Shown here piece after piece: positions 10,460-23,148 of a stretch of DNA of 64,000 nucleotides. The notes below the pieces were generated by a model that saw nothing but the letters and a program-made list of their open reading frames with translations, did not search any database and was not told the DNA's origin. Origin of the DNA: an uncultured bacterium (GTDB taxonomy: Bacteria > Acidobacteriota > Thermoanaerobaculia > Multivoradales > JAHZIX01); NCBI GenBank assembly GCA_965368975.1, contig CBDUPA010000002.1, positions 448,001 through 512,000 on the forward strand. Reading direction: 5' to 3'. The translations under genes and the position numbers were made by a program. Each line of letters begins with the position of its first letter. The stretch's first letter is position 1.

Positions 10460-13400
10460 ACCGAGCTATCGAAACACTGTGGCTGGCCCTGGACAGCGGC
10501 TTGCAGCTCTGGGTCGACGGCGATCAACTGCGCTTTCGAAGCGCCACGGGAGCTTTGACGGACGAGCTGAAGGCACGGCTCAAAGCGCACAAGACGGAAC
10601 TGCTCGACCTGATCGGTCCGGGACGCAAGCTGTGCCTGCCGGCGTTGGCCCAGCAGAGACTGTGGTTCTTGCAGCAACTCGACCCGCACAGCCCGGCGTA
10701 CAACCTGCCGGCCGTGTCGCGACTGCAGGGGCAGCTGGATGCCCATGCCTTGGCGCGGGCGCTGGCGCGCATCGTCGAGCGTCACGAGAGCTTGCGGACC
10801 GTGTTCGTGCTGCTCGACGGCCGGGTCGCCCAGTCCGTGGTGACGGCGCGGACATCGGTGCCCGTAGTGGACCTGAGCCGCTTGCCACCGGCCTTGGTGG
10901 AGCGCCTGGCGCAAGAGCTGGCGTCGCGGGAAGTGCAGAGCGCCTTCGACCTGGCTAGCGGACCGCTGGTGCACTTCCGACTGTTTCGACTGGGTCCAGA
11001 GGATCACGCGCTGGTGATCAACATCCACCACAGCGTCTATGACGGCTGGTCGGTGGGCTTGTTGTTCGGTGAGCTGGTGGCCTTGTACAACTTCGAGGTC
11101 GATGGGCGCGGCGAGCCGGCAGTGCCACCTGGAGTCCCACCCGTTCCGGACCTACCGCTGCAGTATGCGGACTACGCTCTGTGGCAACGCGAGCAGCTGC
11201 AAGGCGCGCTTCTGGAGCGCCTGCTCGACTACTGGCGCGAACGGCTACCACGCGTGCCGTCGGCCCTCGACCTACCGGGTCAACTCACACTGCGGCGCAA
11301 CCCTGTTGCCCGAAACGACGACGGGTCCCCGAGGGATGCCGGCTTCCTGGGCGACGAGGTGCTCTTCAGCTTCCCGGGCGACGTGCGCGATCGGCTCGAA
11401 ACACTGGCTCGGCAGCGTGGCACCAGCCTGCCAGTGGTGCTGCTCGCCGGCTTCCAGACGCTGCTCCACGCCTACACCGGCGCACCGGCGGTGACGCTGG
11501 GTCAACCAACAGCGAACCGGACTCGGCGCGAGGTGGAAGCCCTGATCGGCTTCTTCGCCAACATCGTGGTCTTGCACACCGATCTGCGGGGTGATCCGAG
11601 CTTCGACGAGCTTCTGACGCGCGCGCAGATAACGGCGCGCGGCGCCGGAGCGCACCAGGAGTTACCCTTCGACCGCTTGGTGGAGGAGCTGGCACCCGAA
11701 CGGGACCCGGCACGAAGGAATCCGCTGTTCCAGATCTTCTTCGCGGTGCAGAACGCGCCGCGCGGCGAGGCGCGGCTACGGGGCCTGACACTGCAACCCC
11801 TGCCCTTCGCGGCACGGGTGACGCGCTTCGACCTGGAAGTCCACCTGACACCGGCACCAGACAGTGCCAGTGGCGGCAGTGGCAGTCGCAGTAGCAGCGG
11901 CATCCTGTGCCACGTGATCTACAGCACAGCCCTGCTGGAGCGCACCGCCGTGGAGCGGCTGCCACGGCATCTGCTGCGCATTCTGGAGCAGGCGGTAGAG
12001 CGGCCGGCGCGGCACCTTGGCGGGTTCCAGCTGCTGACTCGGGCCGAGACTCGGCAGCTGCTCGACTGGACGACAACTGGGGCGCACGGACCGGCAACCG
12101 AGCAGGCACTCTTGGGCGCCTTCAACGCCCACGTCGCCGCCGGGCCAGAGGCAGCCGCACTGGTCGGCGACCACGGATCCATCCTGGCAACGCGACGCGA
12201 AGTGCAGGACGCGGCGACTCGCGAGGCTCAGGAGCAGGGCAACAATCCGCTCCAGGCACTACTCGATGTCGGTGGCCTGCCGGCGTTACTGGAGGCAGCA
12301 AACCCGCACCTGCGCCTGCTCGGACCGACCGGACAACCGGCACCGATCGGCGTCTGGGCTTCCATCGACGTCTGTCTGCCGCGGGCCGGCGAGATGACTC
12401 CCGTGCCCAGCCGAGCCTTCCAGGGACGTTGGCGCTCCAACGGCGGCATCGAGCTGCGCCCGGCTGGAAGCCCGGTTGGCAGCAGGCCCGCCGGAACCGT
12501 GGATGCACACCGGCTGTGGCGGCAGGGTGCTCTTGTTGACACCCGGGTGATCGAACGTCGGCTGCTGGACTTGCGCTTTGGCGAGACTGGACTGAGCGGT
12601 GCGGCGGTGCGTGCACGGCGGGTGTTCAGCAACCCAGCGCGGGCGTGTGACCGCGGGGAGAATGATAGCGAACTCGTGGCGTGGGTGACGGCGAGCGTAT
12701 CGCTGGCACCGGAACGGCTGGACGCCGTAATGCGCGAGACCTTTTTGGCGAGGCAGGTAGACCCGCGTTGGATTCCACAGGCAATCGTCCAGGTGTCCTT
12801 GTTGCCCCTGACCCAGGACGGCCAGCTCGACGAGCGCGCGCTGCAGCGGGTGGAAGTGCCGACACCGGACATCCTACAGCGCTGGCGAACCCGCTTGCGG
12901 GCACTGCCGGAAGTTCGTGACGTGGAGGTAGTGTCGATCCAAGTGCCGCGGACGCTGGACCGCTACCACCGGGACGACCTTGTGCCTCCCGGCGAAGGTG
13001 TCTCGCCAGCTGCCACGGACACCACAACGCGGACCGCTGCTCGCGAGGCGGCCGTTCTCGAGATTCCGCCGGCCGAGACGCCGCCTGCCGAGGCATCGTC
13101 GACCGTGGCGGATGGCGGTCCGCTGGAGCTGCCGGCCGAGGCGCCAAGAACGCTGGGAGAGGCTCTGCTGCGAACAGCGCGGGAGCATGCCGAGCACGGC
13201 ATTGCCTACATCGGCGCGGATGGTAGCGAGGACCGGCAAAGCTATCCGCAGCTGCTTGTCGAGGCGCAGGCGATCCTCGGCGGCCTGCGCCGGGACGGCC
13301 TCGTCGCGGGCGACTATGTGGTGCTGCAGTTCGAGGACATCCGCCTGCACCTGACGACTTTCTGGGCCTGCATCCTCGGTGGTCTCGTACCGGTGACCGT

Positions 13401-16400
13401 GGCGGTACCGCCGTCCTACGAGGTCGACGAAGCCGGCGAGTACAACGCCGTGGCGCTCAAGCTGCTCAACACTTGGCGCTTGCTCGGCCATGCCGCGGTG
13501 CTGACGCAGGTATCGCTCGCTGGCGCACTCGCAAGGTTGGGACTCGAGCCGCCGATCCATGCCATTGTGGTCGATCCCTTCCTCGAGCGGAAGCCGGCGA
13601 CACCGCGTACCGCCGACTCCCACGACGTGGCTTTCTTGCAGCTGACCTCCGGCAGCACGGGCATTCCGAAGTGTATCCAGGAGACCCACCACGGCATCGC
13701 CCACCACATCGAGGGCTCGCGCCTGGTCAACGGCAACAGCGCACGCGACATCACGCTGAACTGGCTACCACTGGACCACGTGGTGCCGATGCTCACCTAC
13801 CACATCAAGGACGTCTATCTGGGCTGCCGGCAAGTGCAGCTGGCAGGTGCCCGCGTGTTCGCGGATCCACTGTGCTGGCTGGATGCCCTGGAAAGGCACG
13901 GCGTCACCCACAGCTGGGCGCCCAACTTCGGCTTCAAGCTCGTTGCCGATGCCCTGGCGCAAGCATCGCCGTCGCGGTCCGCACAGGTCTGGGATCTCAG
14001 CCGCCTGCAGTTGCTGATGAATGCGGGCGAGCAAGTGACGCTGCCGGTGGTCGACGACTTTCTCCGGCGCACGGCACCCTTCGATGTGCGACCCGAAGTG
14101 ATGCAGCCGGCCTACGGCATGGCTGAGCTGTGTACCGCCATGACCTACGCCAACGGCTTCCGGCCGGAAACTGGCGCCTTTCGCTGCCGCAAGGCTGGCC
14201 TGGGCGAGGCTCTCGTGGCCGCCGACACTGGGGATCCTCTGGGTGTCGACTTCATCGACGTCGGCCCGCCGATTCCGGGGGTACGGCTGCGCGTGGTGAA
14301 TGCCGACAGCCGACCGTTACCGGAGGGAGTCGTGGGTCGGCTACAAGTCGCGGGCGCCATCGTCACTCCCGGCTACCTCAACAACGAGGCGGCCAACCGG
14401 GAGGCTTTCCCGCGAACCTACGAAGACGACGGCGTCTGGTTCCACACCGGCGATCTGGCCTTCCTGCGAGGTGGTCACCTCACGATCACGGGACGCGAGA
14501 AGGAAGTGATCATCGTCCGCGGGGCCAACTTCTACTGCTACGAGATCGAGGACATCGTTTCGAGCGTTGACGGCGTCGCGGCCACCTTCAGTGCCGCCTG
14601 CGCACTGGAAGACCCCGTGACCGGCACCGAAGGGCTGGCGATTTTCTTCGTCCCGGAGTCACCAGATCCTGAGGCGTCGCATTGCAGGTTGGACACGACT
14701 GTGTCTCGCCGCGTGGCCCGGCTGGCCGATGCAGTGCAGGCGGCAGTGACGGAGCGGTTGGGAATCAGTCCGTCCGTGGTCTTGCCGCTGGCGCCCGAGG
14801 ACTTCCCAAAGACGACGAGTGGCAAGATTCAGCGTACTCGGCTGAAGGAGGCGCTGGAGACCGGTGAGTTCGACGAGCTGCGGCGCCGACTCGACTTGCA
14901 GGTCGATGCGCTGGCTGGGCCGCTCGGTACAGAGAGAACGGTACCAGCCTGGTTTCACCAGCGCGTATGGCGGCGTTGCCCGCTATCAGCCAAGCCGCGC
15001 CGGAACCGCGAGATACGCGTTCGGATGCTCGTTCCAAGGGATGCGAGTGGGTCTGCGGAGAGCACGCGTCTAGCCGCAGTGGTGCGAGAACAGCTGCAGC
15101 AGCAAGAGGCTACCGTCGACGGGTACCAGCTGCCGGCCACCGCGGAGCTGGCGCAAGCGTTACAGCCAGGAGACACTCTGATCTACCTGGGAGCCTGGAA
15201 TGCTACTCCGCGCGTTGAGACAGCGGAAGATCTGACCAGGCTGCAGGAAGTTTGGGTTCGAGATGTGCTGGAGTTGGTGAGTTCGCTGCAGACCGTACCG
15301 CCGGAACGACGACGCGGGCTGCACCTCCTGGTTCCGACGGCAAGCTCGCACCATGTGGGACCCGCAACGGGCGACCCTTCGGTCGGCACGGCGTCCGATG
15401 AGGCAGAATCGGCCCGGGGGTCGCAAGCAAGGGAACCGCAAGGCCGCAATGGCTGGGTGTACGCTGGGGTCTCCTCGGTGTTCAAGACTTGGAGCCAGGA
15501 GCAGCCCTGGCTGCAGGCACGCCACCTGGACCTGCCTGCCACTGCTTCGCATCTCGAACTGGCGCGGCACCTGGTGGCCGAGGTCGCGGCGCAGCACGGA
15601 GCCGGAGCGGTGAGCGCGGCAACCCTGGAGGACGTCGCCTGGCGGGATGGGACACGCTATGTGACTCGCTTGCGCCCCCTGAGGATGAAACCACCGGCGG
15701 CGGAGTCCTCAGCGGTCGAGATCTTCTCACGCCGTAGCCGCTGGTTGTTGACCGGCGGGTTGGGAGGGATTGGCCGACGGCTGGCAGCGTGGCTCCTACG
15801 GGAGCGTGGCGCCCGGCTCTTGCTGACCGGGCGACGGTCGGCCCAGGATTCCGACATCGTGCGCGAACTCCAGGCGCTCGCGACACTCGGCGACGTCACC
15901 TACGTGTCCTGCGACGTGACCGACGGTGCCGCATTGGAAACGGCCGTTGCGAGGGCCGAGAAGGCTTGGGGCGCGACGCTCTCGGGAGCCGTGCATCTGG
16001 CTGGCAGCTACCACGAAGCGCTGCTGTCGGATGAGAGCGTCGAGGGCTTCCTGCGCCCGTGGCGGTCGAAGGTGCTGGGCGGATGGCAATTACGCCAGCT
16101 TCTCGCGGCGCGGCCAGAAAGCCAGCTCATCGCCTTCTCCTCGGTCAACGGATCTCTTGGCGGCCGCGGTGTCGCAGCCTACGGGGCGGCGAATGCGGGG
16201 CTCGAAGGACTGTGCGCGATGCCTTGCCGTGACGGACCACGAGTTCACACGCTGGCCTGGAGCCTCTGGCAGGACGTCGGCATGAGCCAGGGTTTCGCCG
16301 CTGGCGAGGCTGCGCGGGCGCGCGGCTTCCTGCCGGTCTCGGCACCGGCGGGGTTGCTCTCTCTACAAGCCGTGCTTGGCCGGATGGGTCCTCAGGACGC

Positions 16401-17811
16401 TTCGCGGCAAGAAGCCTCGGCGCTTCTCGTGGGACTCGACGACCGGCAGCCACACGTGCGGCAGATCCTCGAGCTGCCGGGCAGCGAGCCCAAGGACCTG
16501 CGTGCTTGGCAGCTCGCGGCTGCCATGGTGATCGAGGGCGGGGTGCAGCCACGGCTGGATGACTTCGCTTTGCGGGACCGCTTCGGCACCCCGGCTCCGT
16601 GCAGCACCCACGAAGTCGACACCTTACCGCGCGGCACGGACGGTGGCGTCGACACGCCCACATTGCGCAGGCGGCTTCAGCAGCTGGTCACGGGTCGGAC
16701 GACAGTAGACCGGCACGTGGCACCGCGCAGCGACCTGGAAGCCCGACTGGCTGAGCTGTGGCAAGAGCTCTTGGGTGGTGCTTCACCTAGCGTGCGAGAC
16801 AATTTCTTCCGTCTGGGCGGCCACTCCCTGTTGGCGTCGCGACTGGTTCTGGAGATCGAACGCCGTCTCGACACGCAGCTCCCCGTCTCGGCGCTGTTCC
16901 AGGCACCAACCATTGAACGCTTGGCGCGGATCATCGAGGCCCAGGAGCGGGGAGCCGGAGGCAGGGCCTGGTCGCCGCTTGTGCCGCTACAGCCGGAAGG
17001 CGATAGGACGCCCTTCTTTTGCGTTGCACCGATCATGGGCACGGTGTTTCCCTACTTCGAGCTGGCGCAGTTACTTGGGCCCGGTGCCTTGGACCGTCGG
17101 CGGCCGTTCGTCGGCGTCCAGCCGCTGGGCCTTGCTACTGGCCAGACGGCGCTCGCCACGATCGAGGAGATCACGGAATACTTCCTGACCGAGATCCGGG
17201 CACTGCAGCCGACGGGCCCGTACTTTCTGGGCGGCTGGTCCTTCGGTAGCTTTGTGGTCTACGAGCTGACGCGCCGGCTACGCCAGCAGGGAGAGGAGAT
17301 CGCCCTGGCCGCGCTCATCGATACGCCAGCACCGCTACCGTCGCAACGACCGTCCTTCCTGCACGGTCTGCGCTTCCTCTTCGCCACTTTGCTGCGAAAC
17401 TTTTGGCCGTGGGTCAAGGATTACTTCGCCCTGCAACGCACTGGCGATTTCGGAGACGAGAAAGACAGCCGCGGTCTGTGGCAACGCTTGTTGGAGCGAG
17501 CAACGCTGGCCGAGGTGATCCCAGAGGAGTCGCGAGAGGTGATGTCGCACCAGCCACAGATCCGTGCCATGTTGCGCGCCATGCGCGCCAACAGCGAGGC
17601 GATGGGACGCTACCAACCGCGAGCCGCAGACGTGCGCGTGCTGCTGCTGCGCACCGAGCACAGCTGGAGTCGCAGCGAGGACGAGACGCTCGGCTGGAGC
17701 GAACTGGCCCTGGGCGGCGTCGAGGTGGAGCGGCTGCCGGGCAATCACATGACGCTGCTGCGGAAGCCGCACGTGGAGACGGTAGCGCGAGTGCTCGCGC
17801 GGTACCTGTAG
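10456..17811 (+). CDS. Terminal NRPS (depsipeptide-type): docking domain-C-degenerate A-keto-acid A-KR-PCP-TE
   Basis: N-terminal LWVDGDQLRFR...LKAHKTELL; C HHSVYDG; A LTSGSTGIPK, LDHVVPM, PAYGMAE, FHTGD, SGKIQR; KR LTGGLGGIG...YGAAN; PCP GGHS; TE GWSFG and GNH. GTGA overlap with the PKS stop. Confidence 0.93.
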   Translation: MNRAIETLWLALDSGLQLWVDGDQLRFRSATGALTDELKARLKAHKTELLDLIGPGRKLCLPALAQQRLWFLQQLDPHSPAYNLPAVSRLQGQLDAHALARALARIVERHESLRTVFVLLDGRVAQSVVTARTSVPVVDLSRLPPALVERLAQELASREVQSAFDLASGPLVHFRLFRLGPEDHALVINIHHSVYDGWSVGLLFGELVALYNFEVDGRGEPAVPPGVPPVPDLPLQYADYALWQREQLQGALLERLLDYWRERLPRVPSALDLPGQLTLRRNPVARNDDGSPRDAGFLGDEVLFSFPGDVRDRLETLARQRGTSLPVVLLAGFQTLLHAYTGAPAVTLGQPTANRTRREVEALIGFFANIVVLHTDLRGDPSFDELLTRAQITARGAGAHQELPFDRLVEELAPERDPARRNPLFQIFFAVQNAPRGEARLRGLTLQPLPFAARVTRFDLEVHLTPAPDSASGGSGSRSSSGILCHVIYSTALLERTAVERLPRHLLRILEQAVERPARHLGGFQLLTRAETRQLLDWTTTGAHGPATEQALLGAFNAHVAAGPEAAALVGDHGSILATRREVQDAATREAQEQGNNPLQALLDVGGLPALLEAANPHLRLLGPTGQPAPIGVWASIDVCLPRAGEMTPVPSRAFQGRWRSNGGIELRPAGSPVGSRPAGTVDAHRLWRQGALVDTRVIERRLLDLRFGETGLSGAAVRARRVFSNPARACDRGENDSELVAWVTASVSLAPERLDAVMRETFLARQVDPRWIPQAIVQVSLLPLTQDGQLDERALQRVEVPTPDILQRWRTRLRALPEVRDVEVVSIQVPRTLDRYHRDDLVPPGEGVSPAATDTTTRTAAREAAVLEIPPAETPPAEASSTVADGGPLELPAEAPRTLGEALLRTAREHAEHGIAYIGADGSEDRQSYPQLLVEAQAILGGLRRDGLVAGDYVVLQFEDIRLHLTTFWACILGGLVPVTVAVPPSYEVDEAGEYNAVALKLLNTWRLLGHAAVLTQVSLAGALARLGLEPPIHAIVVDPFLERKPATPRTADSHDVAFLQLTSGSTGIPKCIQETHHGIAHHIEGSRLVNGNSARDITLNWLPLDHVVPMLTYHIKDVYLGCRQVQLAGARVFADPLCWLDALERHGVTHSWAPNFGFKLVADALAQASPSRSAQVWDLSRLQLLMNAGEQVTLPVVDDFLRRTAPFDVRPEVMQPAYGMAELCTAMTYANGFRPETGAFRCRKAGLGEALVAADTGDPLGVDFIDVGPPIPGVRLRVVNADSRPLPEGVVGRLQVAGAIVTPGYLNNEAANREAFPRTYEDDGVWFHTGDLAFLRGGHLTITGREKEVIIVRGANFYCYEIEDIVSSVDGVAATFSAACALEDPVTGTEGLAIFFVPESPDPEASHCRLDTTVSRRVARLADAVQAAVTERLGISPSVVLPLAPEDFPKTTSGKIQRTRLKEALETGEFDELRRRLDLQVDALAGPLGTERTVPAWFHQRVWRRCPLSAKPRRNREIRVRMLVPRDASGSAESTRLAAVVREQLQQQEATVDGYQLPATAELAQALQPGDTLIYLGAWNATPRVETAEDLTRLQEVWVRDVLELVSSLQTVPPERRRGLHLLVPTASSHHVGPATGDPSVGTASDEAESARGSQAREPQGRNGWVYAGVSSVFKTWSQEQPWLQARHLDLPATASHLELARHLVAEVAAQHGAGAVSAATLEDVAWRDGTRYVTRLRPLRMKPPAAESSAVEIFSRRSRWLLTGGLGGIGRRLAAWLLRERGARLLLTGRRSAQDSDIVRELQALATLGDVTYVSCDVTDGAALETAVARAEKAWGATLSGAVHLAGSYHEALLSDESVEGFLRPWRSKVLGGWQLRQLLAARPESQLIAFSSVNGSLGGRGVAAYGAANAGLEGLCAMPCRDGPRVHTLAWSLWQDVGMSQGFAAGEAARARGFLPVSAPAGLLSLQAVLGRMGPQDASRQEASALLVGLDDRQPHVRQILELPGSEPKDLRAWQLAAAMVIEGGVQPRLDDFALRDRFGTPAPCSTHEVDTLPRGTDGGVDTPTLRRRLQQLVTGRTTVDRHVAPRSDLEARLAELWQELLGGASPSVRDNFFRLGGHSLLASRLVLEIERRLDTQLPVSALFQAPTIERLARIIEAQERGAGGRAWSPLVPLQPEGDRTPFFCVAPIMGTVFPYFELAQLLGPGALDRRRPFVGVQPLGLATGQTALATIEEITEYFLTEIRALQPTGPYFLGGWSFGSFVVYELTRRLRQQGEEIALAALIDTPAPLPSQRPSFLHGLRFLFATLLRNFWPWVKDYFALQRTGDFGDEKDSRGLWQRLLERATLAEVIPEESREVMSHQPQIRAMLRAMRANSEAMGRYQPRAADVRVLLLRTEHSWSRSEDETLGWSELALGGVEVERLPGNHMTLLRKPHVETVARVLARYL

Positions 17812-17905
17812 CCGGTACCCTCCGAGCAACCGGAATCGGAGGCGCCTGACGGCGCAGGGTGGCCCCATGTGGCCGCTCCTACCCGGTGTGCTCGTGACCG
17901 GCTAA

Positions 17906-17935
17906 CTCAGTTCGTCAGACCTCAGTTCGTCAGAC
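17906..17935. repeat. Perfect 15-bp tandem duplication spanning the atpC stop codon
   Basis: ctcagttcgtcagac x2. Confidence 0.9.
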
Positions 17936-18311
17936 GCTGCTGCACGCGGGCGCGCTGCAGGGCCGCCTGACGACGCTCAAAGCTGTCTTCGTCCGTCACC
18001 AACATGGCATGCGCTTCGTCGAGGATGCGCTGCGCCGCTTCGGCGTCCAGCTCGTCCAGGCTACGTGCGTTCTCGGTCAGCAGGGTCAACGTGTTGCCCA
18101 CTACCTGGGCGAAGCCGCTGTCGACGTACACAAGGCGCTCGCCTTCGGGGGTCGTCACTTGCAGCACTCCGATTCCCAGCCGGCACAGCAAAGGTGCGTG
18201 GTTGGGCAGGATGCCGACCTGACCGTCGAACGCAGGTACCACCGCGGAGGTGGCTTCACACTCCAGGAAGGAGCCTTCCGGCGTCACAACGCTGCACTGA
18301 AAGGTGGCCAT
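17922..18311 (-). CDS. atpC: ATP synthase epsilon subunit
   Basis: VVTPEG, GQVGILPNHAPL, SGFAQV; last gene of the atp operon. Confidence 0.95.
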   Translation of the reverse strand: MATFQCSVVTPEGSFLECEATSAVVPAFDGQVGILPNHAPLLCRLGIGVLQVTTPEGERLVYVDSGFAQVVGNTLTLLTENARSLDELDAEAAQRILDEAHAMLVTDEDSFERRQAALQRARVQQRLTN

Positions 18312-18321
18312 GAGTTCCGCC

Positions 18322-20696
<2,375 letters not shown>

Positions 20697-20730
20697 GGGT
20701 CCTCCCTAGGATATCGGGTGGGCTTGCGGG

Positions 20731-22458
20731 TCAGGCCTGGTAGTCTTCGACGAAGCGAGCCTTGAAGGTCTCGATCGCGGCGATGAGGGTACTGGTCATT
20801 TCGTCGCTGAAACTGCCCCTGGCGTCCAGCTCGCTGACCAGGTCGGCGTGCTCGTCGCGCACGTACTCGATCATCTTGCGCTCGAACTCCAGCACCTGTG
20901 GCAGCGGCAGATCGTCCATGTAGCCCTTGGTACCGGCGAAGATGCTGATGATCTGACCGTTGACGTCGTACGGCGAGTACTGCGGCTGCTTGAGCAACTC
21001 GGCCATGCGCTGACCACGGTCCAGCTGACGCTGGGTGGCGGGGTCGAGTTCGGTTCCAAGCTGGGCAAAGGCTTCCAGTTCACGGAACGCCGCCATGTCG
21101 AGACGCAGTGAGCCGGCAATCTTCTTCATCGCCTTGCGCTGGGCGTTACCGCCCACGCGGCTGACACTGGTGCCAACGTTGACCGCCGGCCGGGTGCCAG
21201 CCAGGAAGAGGTCGGGCTCGAGGTAGATCTGGCCATCGGTGATCGAGATCACGTTGGTCGGGATATAGGCCGAGACCTCACCTTCCAGCGTCTCGATGAT
21301 CGGCAGCGCGGTCATCGAACCGCCGCTGTCCGGGAAATGATGAACCTTGAACTTGTCCTTGTCCGACAGTGTCTCCAGCCAAGCCTCGGCACGCTCGACG
21401 CCCTCGGGGCGATGGTAGAGGCCGTCGCTATCGTCCGGGCGATGCTCTTCCGGTGCGTTCAAACCGTCTGGATGCTTGCGTGCCAGGGAACGATCCTTGG
21501 AGTCTTCAGGAGTGTCCGCGGGCACAACGGCATACTCGTCGCGCAGCTTGACGGCGCGCTCGAGCAGGCGGGAGTGCAGGTAGAAGACGTCACCGGGGTA
21601 GGCTTCACGCCCTGGCGGACGGCGCAGCAGCAGCGACAGCTGACGGTAGGAGTACGCCTGCTTGGTCAAGTCGTCGTAGACCACCAGGGTCGCCTTGCCG
21701 TGGACGTACATGAAGTACTCGGCAATGGCGGCACCGGCATAGGGAGCGATGTACTGCAGCGGCGCGGCGTCGGAAGCACCCGCGGAGACGATGACGGTGT
21801 AATCCATCGCGCCGACTTCGCGCAGCTTCTCGATCACACCGGCGACCGTCGACTCCTTCTGGCCGATGGCGACGTAGACGCAGATGACGTCTTGGCCCTT
21901 CTGGTTGATGATCGTGTCCAGGGCGATCGCGGTCTTGCCGGTCTTGCGGTCGCCAATGATCAGCTCGCGCTGGCCGCGACCGATCGGGATCATGGCGTCG
22001 ATCGCCTTGATACCGGTCTGCAGCGGCTCGGTCACCGGCTGGCGGCCGGCGATGCCTGGAGCCTTGACCTCCAGTGGTCGGCGCAGTTCACCGTCGACCT
22101 CCGCGCCACCGTCGAGCGGACGGCACAGCGGGTCGACGACACGACCGACCAGGTTGTCGCTGACCGGCACGCTGAGTAGCTCACCGGTGCGCTTGACCTC
22201 GTCGCCTTCCTTGATACCCAGGTAGTCACCGAGCACCACGACGCCGACAGAGCTTTCTTCCAGGTTGAGCACCTGGCCCATGGCGCCATTGGCGAAGACC
22301 ACGCGCTCACTGGCCATGGCGTTCGCGAGACCGTAGACACGGGCAATGCCATCGCCGATCTCCAGCACACGGCCGACTTCGGCGAGGTCGACATCGCTAC
22401 GATATTGTTGAATCTCTTCGGCGATGACCGAGGAGATTTCGTCGACTTTGAACTTCAT
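20731..22458 (-). CDS. atpA: ATP synthase alpha subunit (with ~70-aa insertion)
   Basis: [37 protein letters not shown]. Confidence 0.97.
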   Translation of the reverse strand: MKFKVDEISSVIAEEIQQYRSDVDLAEVGRVLEIGDGIARVYGLANAMASERVVFANGAMGQVLNLEESSVGVVVLGDYLGIKEGDEVKRTGELLSVPVSDNLVGRVVDPLCRPLDGGAEVDGELRRPLEVKAPGIAGRQPVTEPLQTGIKAIDAMIPIGRGQRELIIGDRKTGKTAIALDTIINQKGQDVICVYVAIGQKESTVAGVIEKLREVGAMDYTVIVSAGASDAAPLQYIAPYAGAAIAEYFMYVHGKATLVVYDDLTKQAYSYRQLSLLLRRPPGREAYPGDVFYLHSRLLERAVKLRDEYAVVPADTPEDSKDRSLARKHPDGLNAPEEHRPDDSDGLYHRPEGVERAEAWLETLSDKDKFKVHHFPDSGGSMTALPIIETLEGEVSAYIPTNVISITDGQIYLEPDLFLAGTRPAVNVGTSVSRVGGNAQRKAMKKIAGSLRLDMAAFRELEAFAQLGTELDPATQRQLDRGQRMAELLKQPQYSPYDVNGQIISIFAGTKGYMDDLPLPQVLEFERKMIEYVRDEHADLVSELDARGSFSDEMTSTLIAAIETFKARFVEDYQA

Positions 22459-22482
22459 GGCAGCTTAGTCCCCATCTTGTCT

Positions 22483-23076
22483 CTAGGCCGCGATGTGGTC
22501 GCGGCTCTGAATCTCTTGGGCAGCACGGCGGAGCAGGCTCTGCCCCATGTGCTCCAGCCTCGTCTTGACACTGGCGTCGACCTTGCGGTCTCCGACCTGC
22601 AAAATCATGCCCCCGATCAGAGTGCCGTCCACGCGTTCGTGCAGCACGGGCTCGAGGTCTAGATTCTGCTGGATGCCGGCACTGATCTTGGTGCGCAGGT
22701 CGTCGGTGAGCGGCACGGCGGTGGTCACTTGTACATCGACTCGGCGGGAAGCCTCCAGAATGCCTCGCCGGTAAGCCTCCGCGACGGCCGGCAGGAAAGC
22801 CAGCCGGCCCTTGCGGTTGAGCACCTGTAGGGCGTCGACCAGCAGATCGCTAGTCTTGCCACGGAACATCGTCTCCAGGCTTTTGGCGCGCTCGGCGGAA
22901 TCGATCAACGGGCTCCCGATGAAGGCTCGGAACGGCTCGGAACGGCTCGCGAACTCGGCCAGCGCTTGCAGTTCTTCTAGCAATTCGTCCTGCTGTCCCT
23001 GCTCCGCCGCCACGTGATACATGGCGTCGCTGTACACCCGAGCCAGGGCGAGCATGCGGTCGTCGATCTTGGCCAT
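22483..23076 (-). CDS. atpH: ATP synthase delta subunit
   Basis: ARVYSDA, TTAVPL, LIGGMILQVGDRKVDAS; operon position. Confidence 0.93.
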   Translation of the reverse strand: MAKIDDRMLALARVYSDAMYHVAAEQGQQDELLEELQALAEFASRSEPFRAFIGSPLIDSAERAKSLETMFRGKTSDLLVDALQVLNRKGRLAFLPAVAEAYRRGILEASRRVDVQVTTAVPLTDDLRTKISAGIQQNLDLEPVLHERVDGTLIGGMILQVGDRKVDASVKTRLEHMGQSLLRRAAQEIQSRDHIAA

Positions 23077-23148
23077 GTTGCCTCGCTTCAGTGTTCGTTC
23101 AAGCCTGCGGCCGCCCCGGGTTGTCCCGGCGGCCTTGGGCCTGAGAAG

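Noticed and set aside
21325-21543. Intein in AtpA
   Set aside because: Too short, with no N-terminal Cys/Ser block or His-Asn C-terminus.
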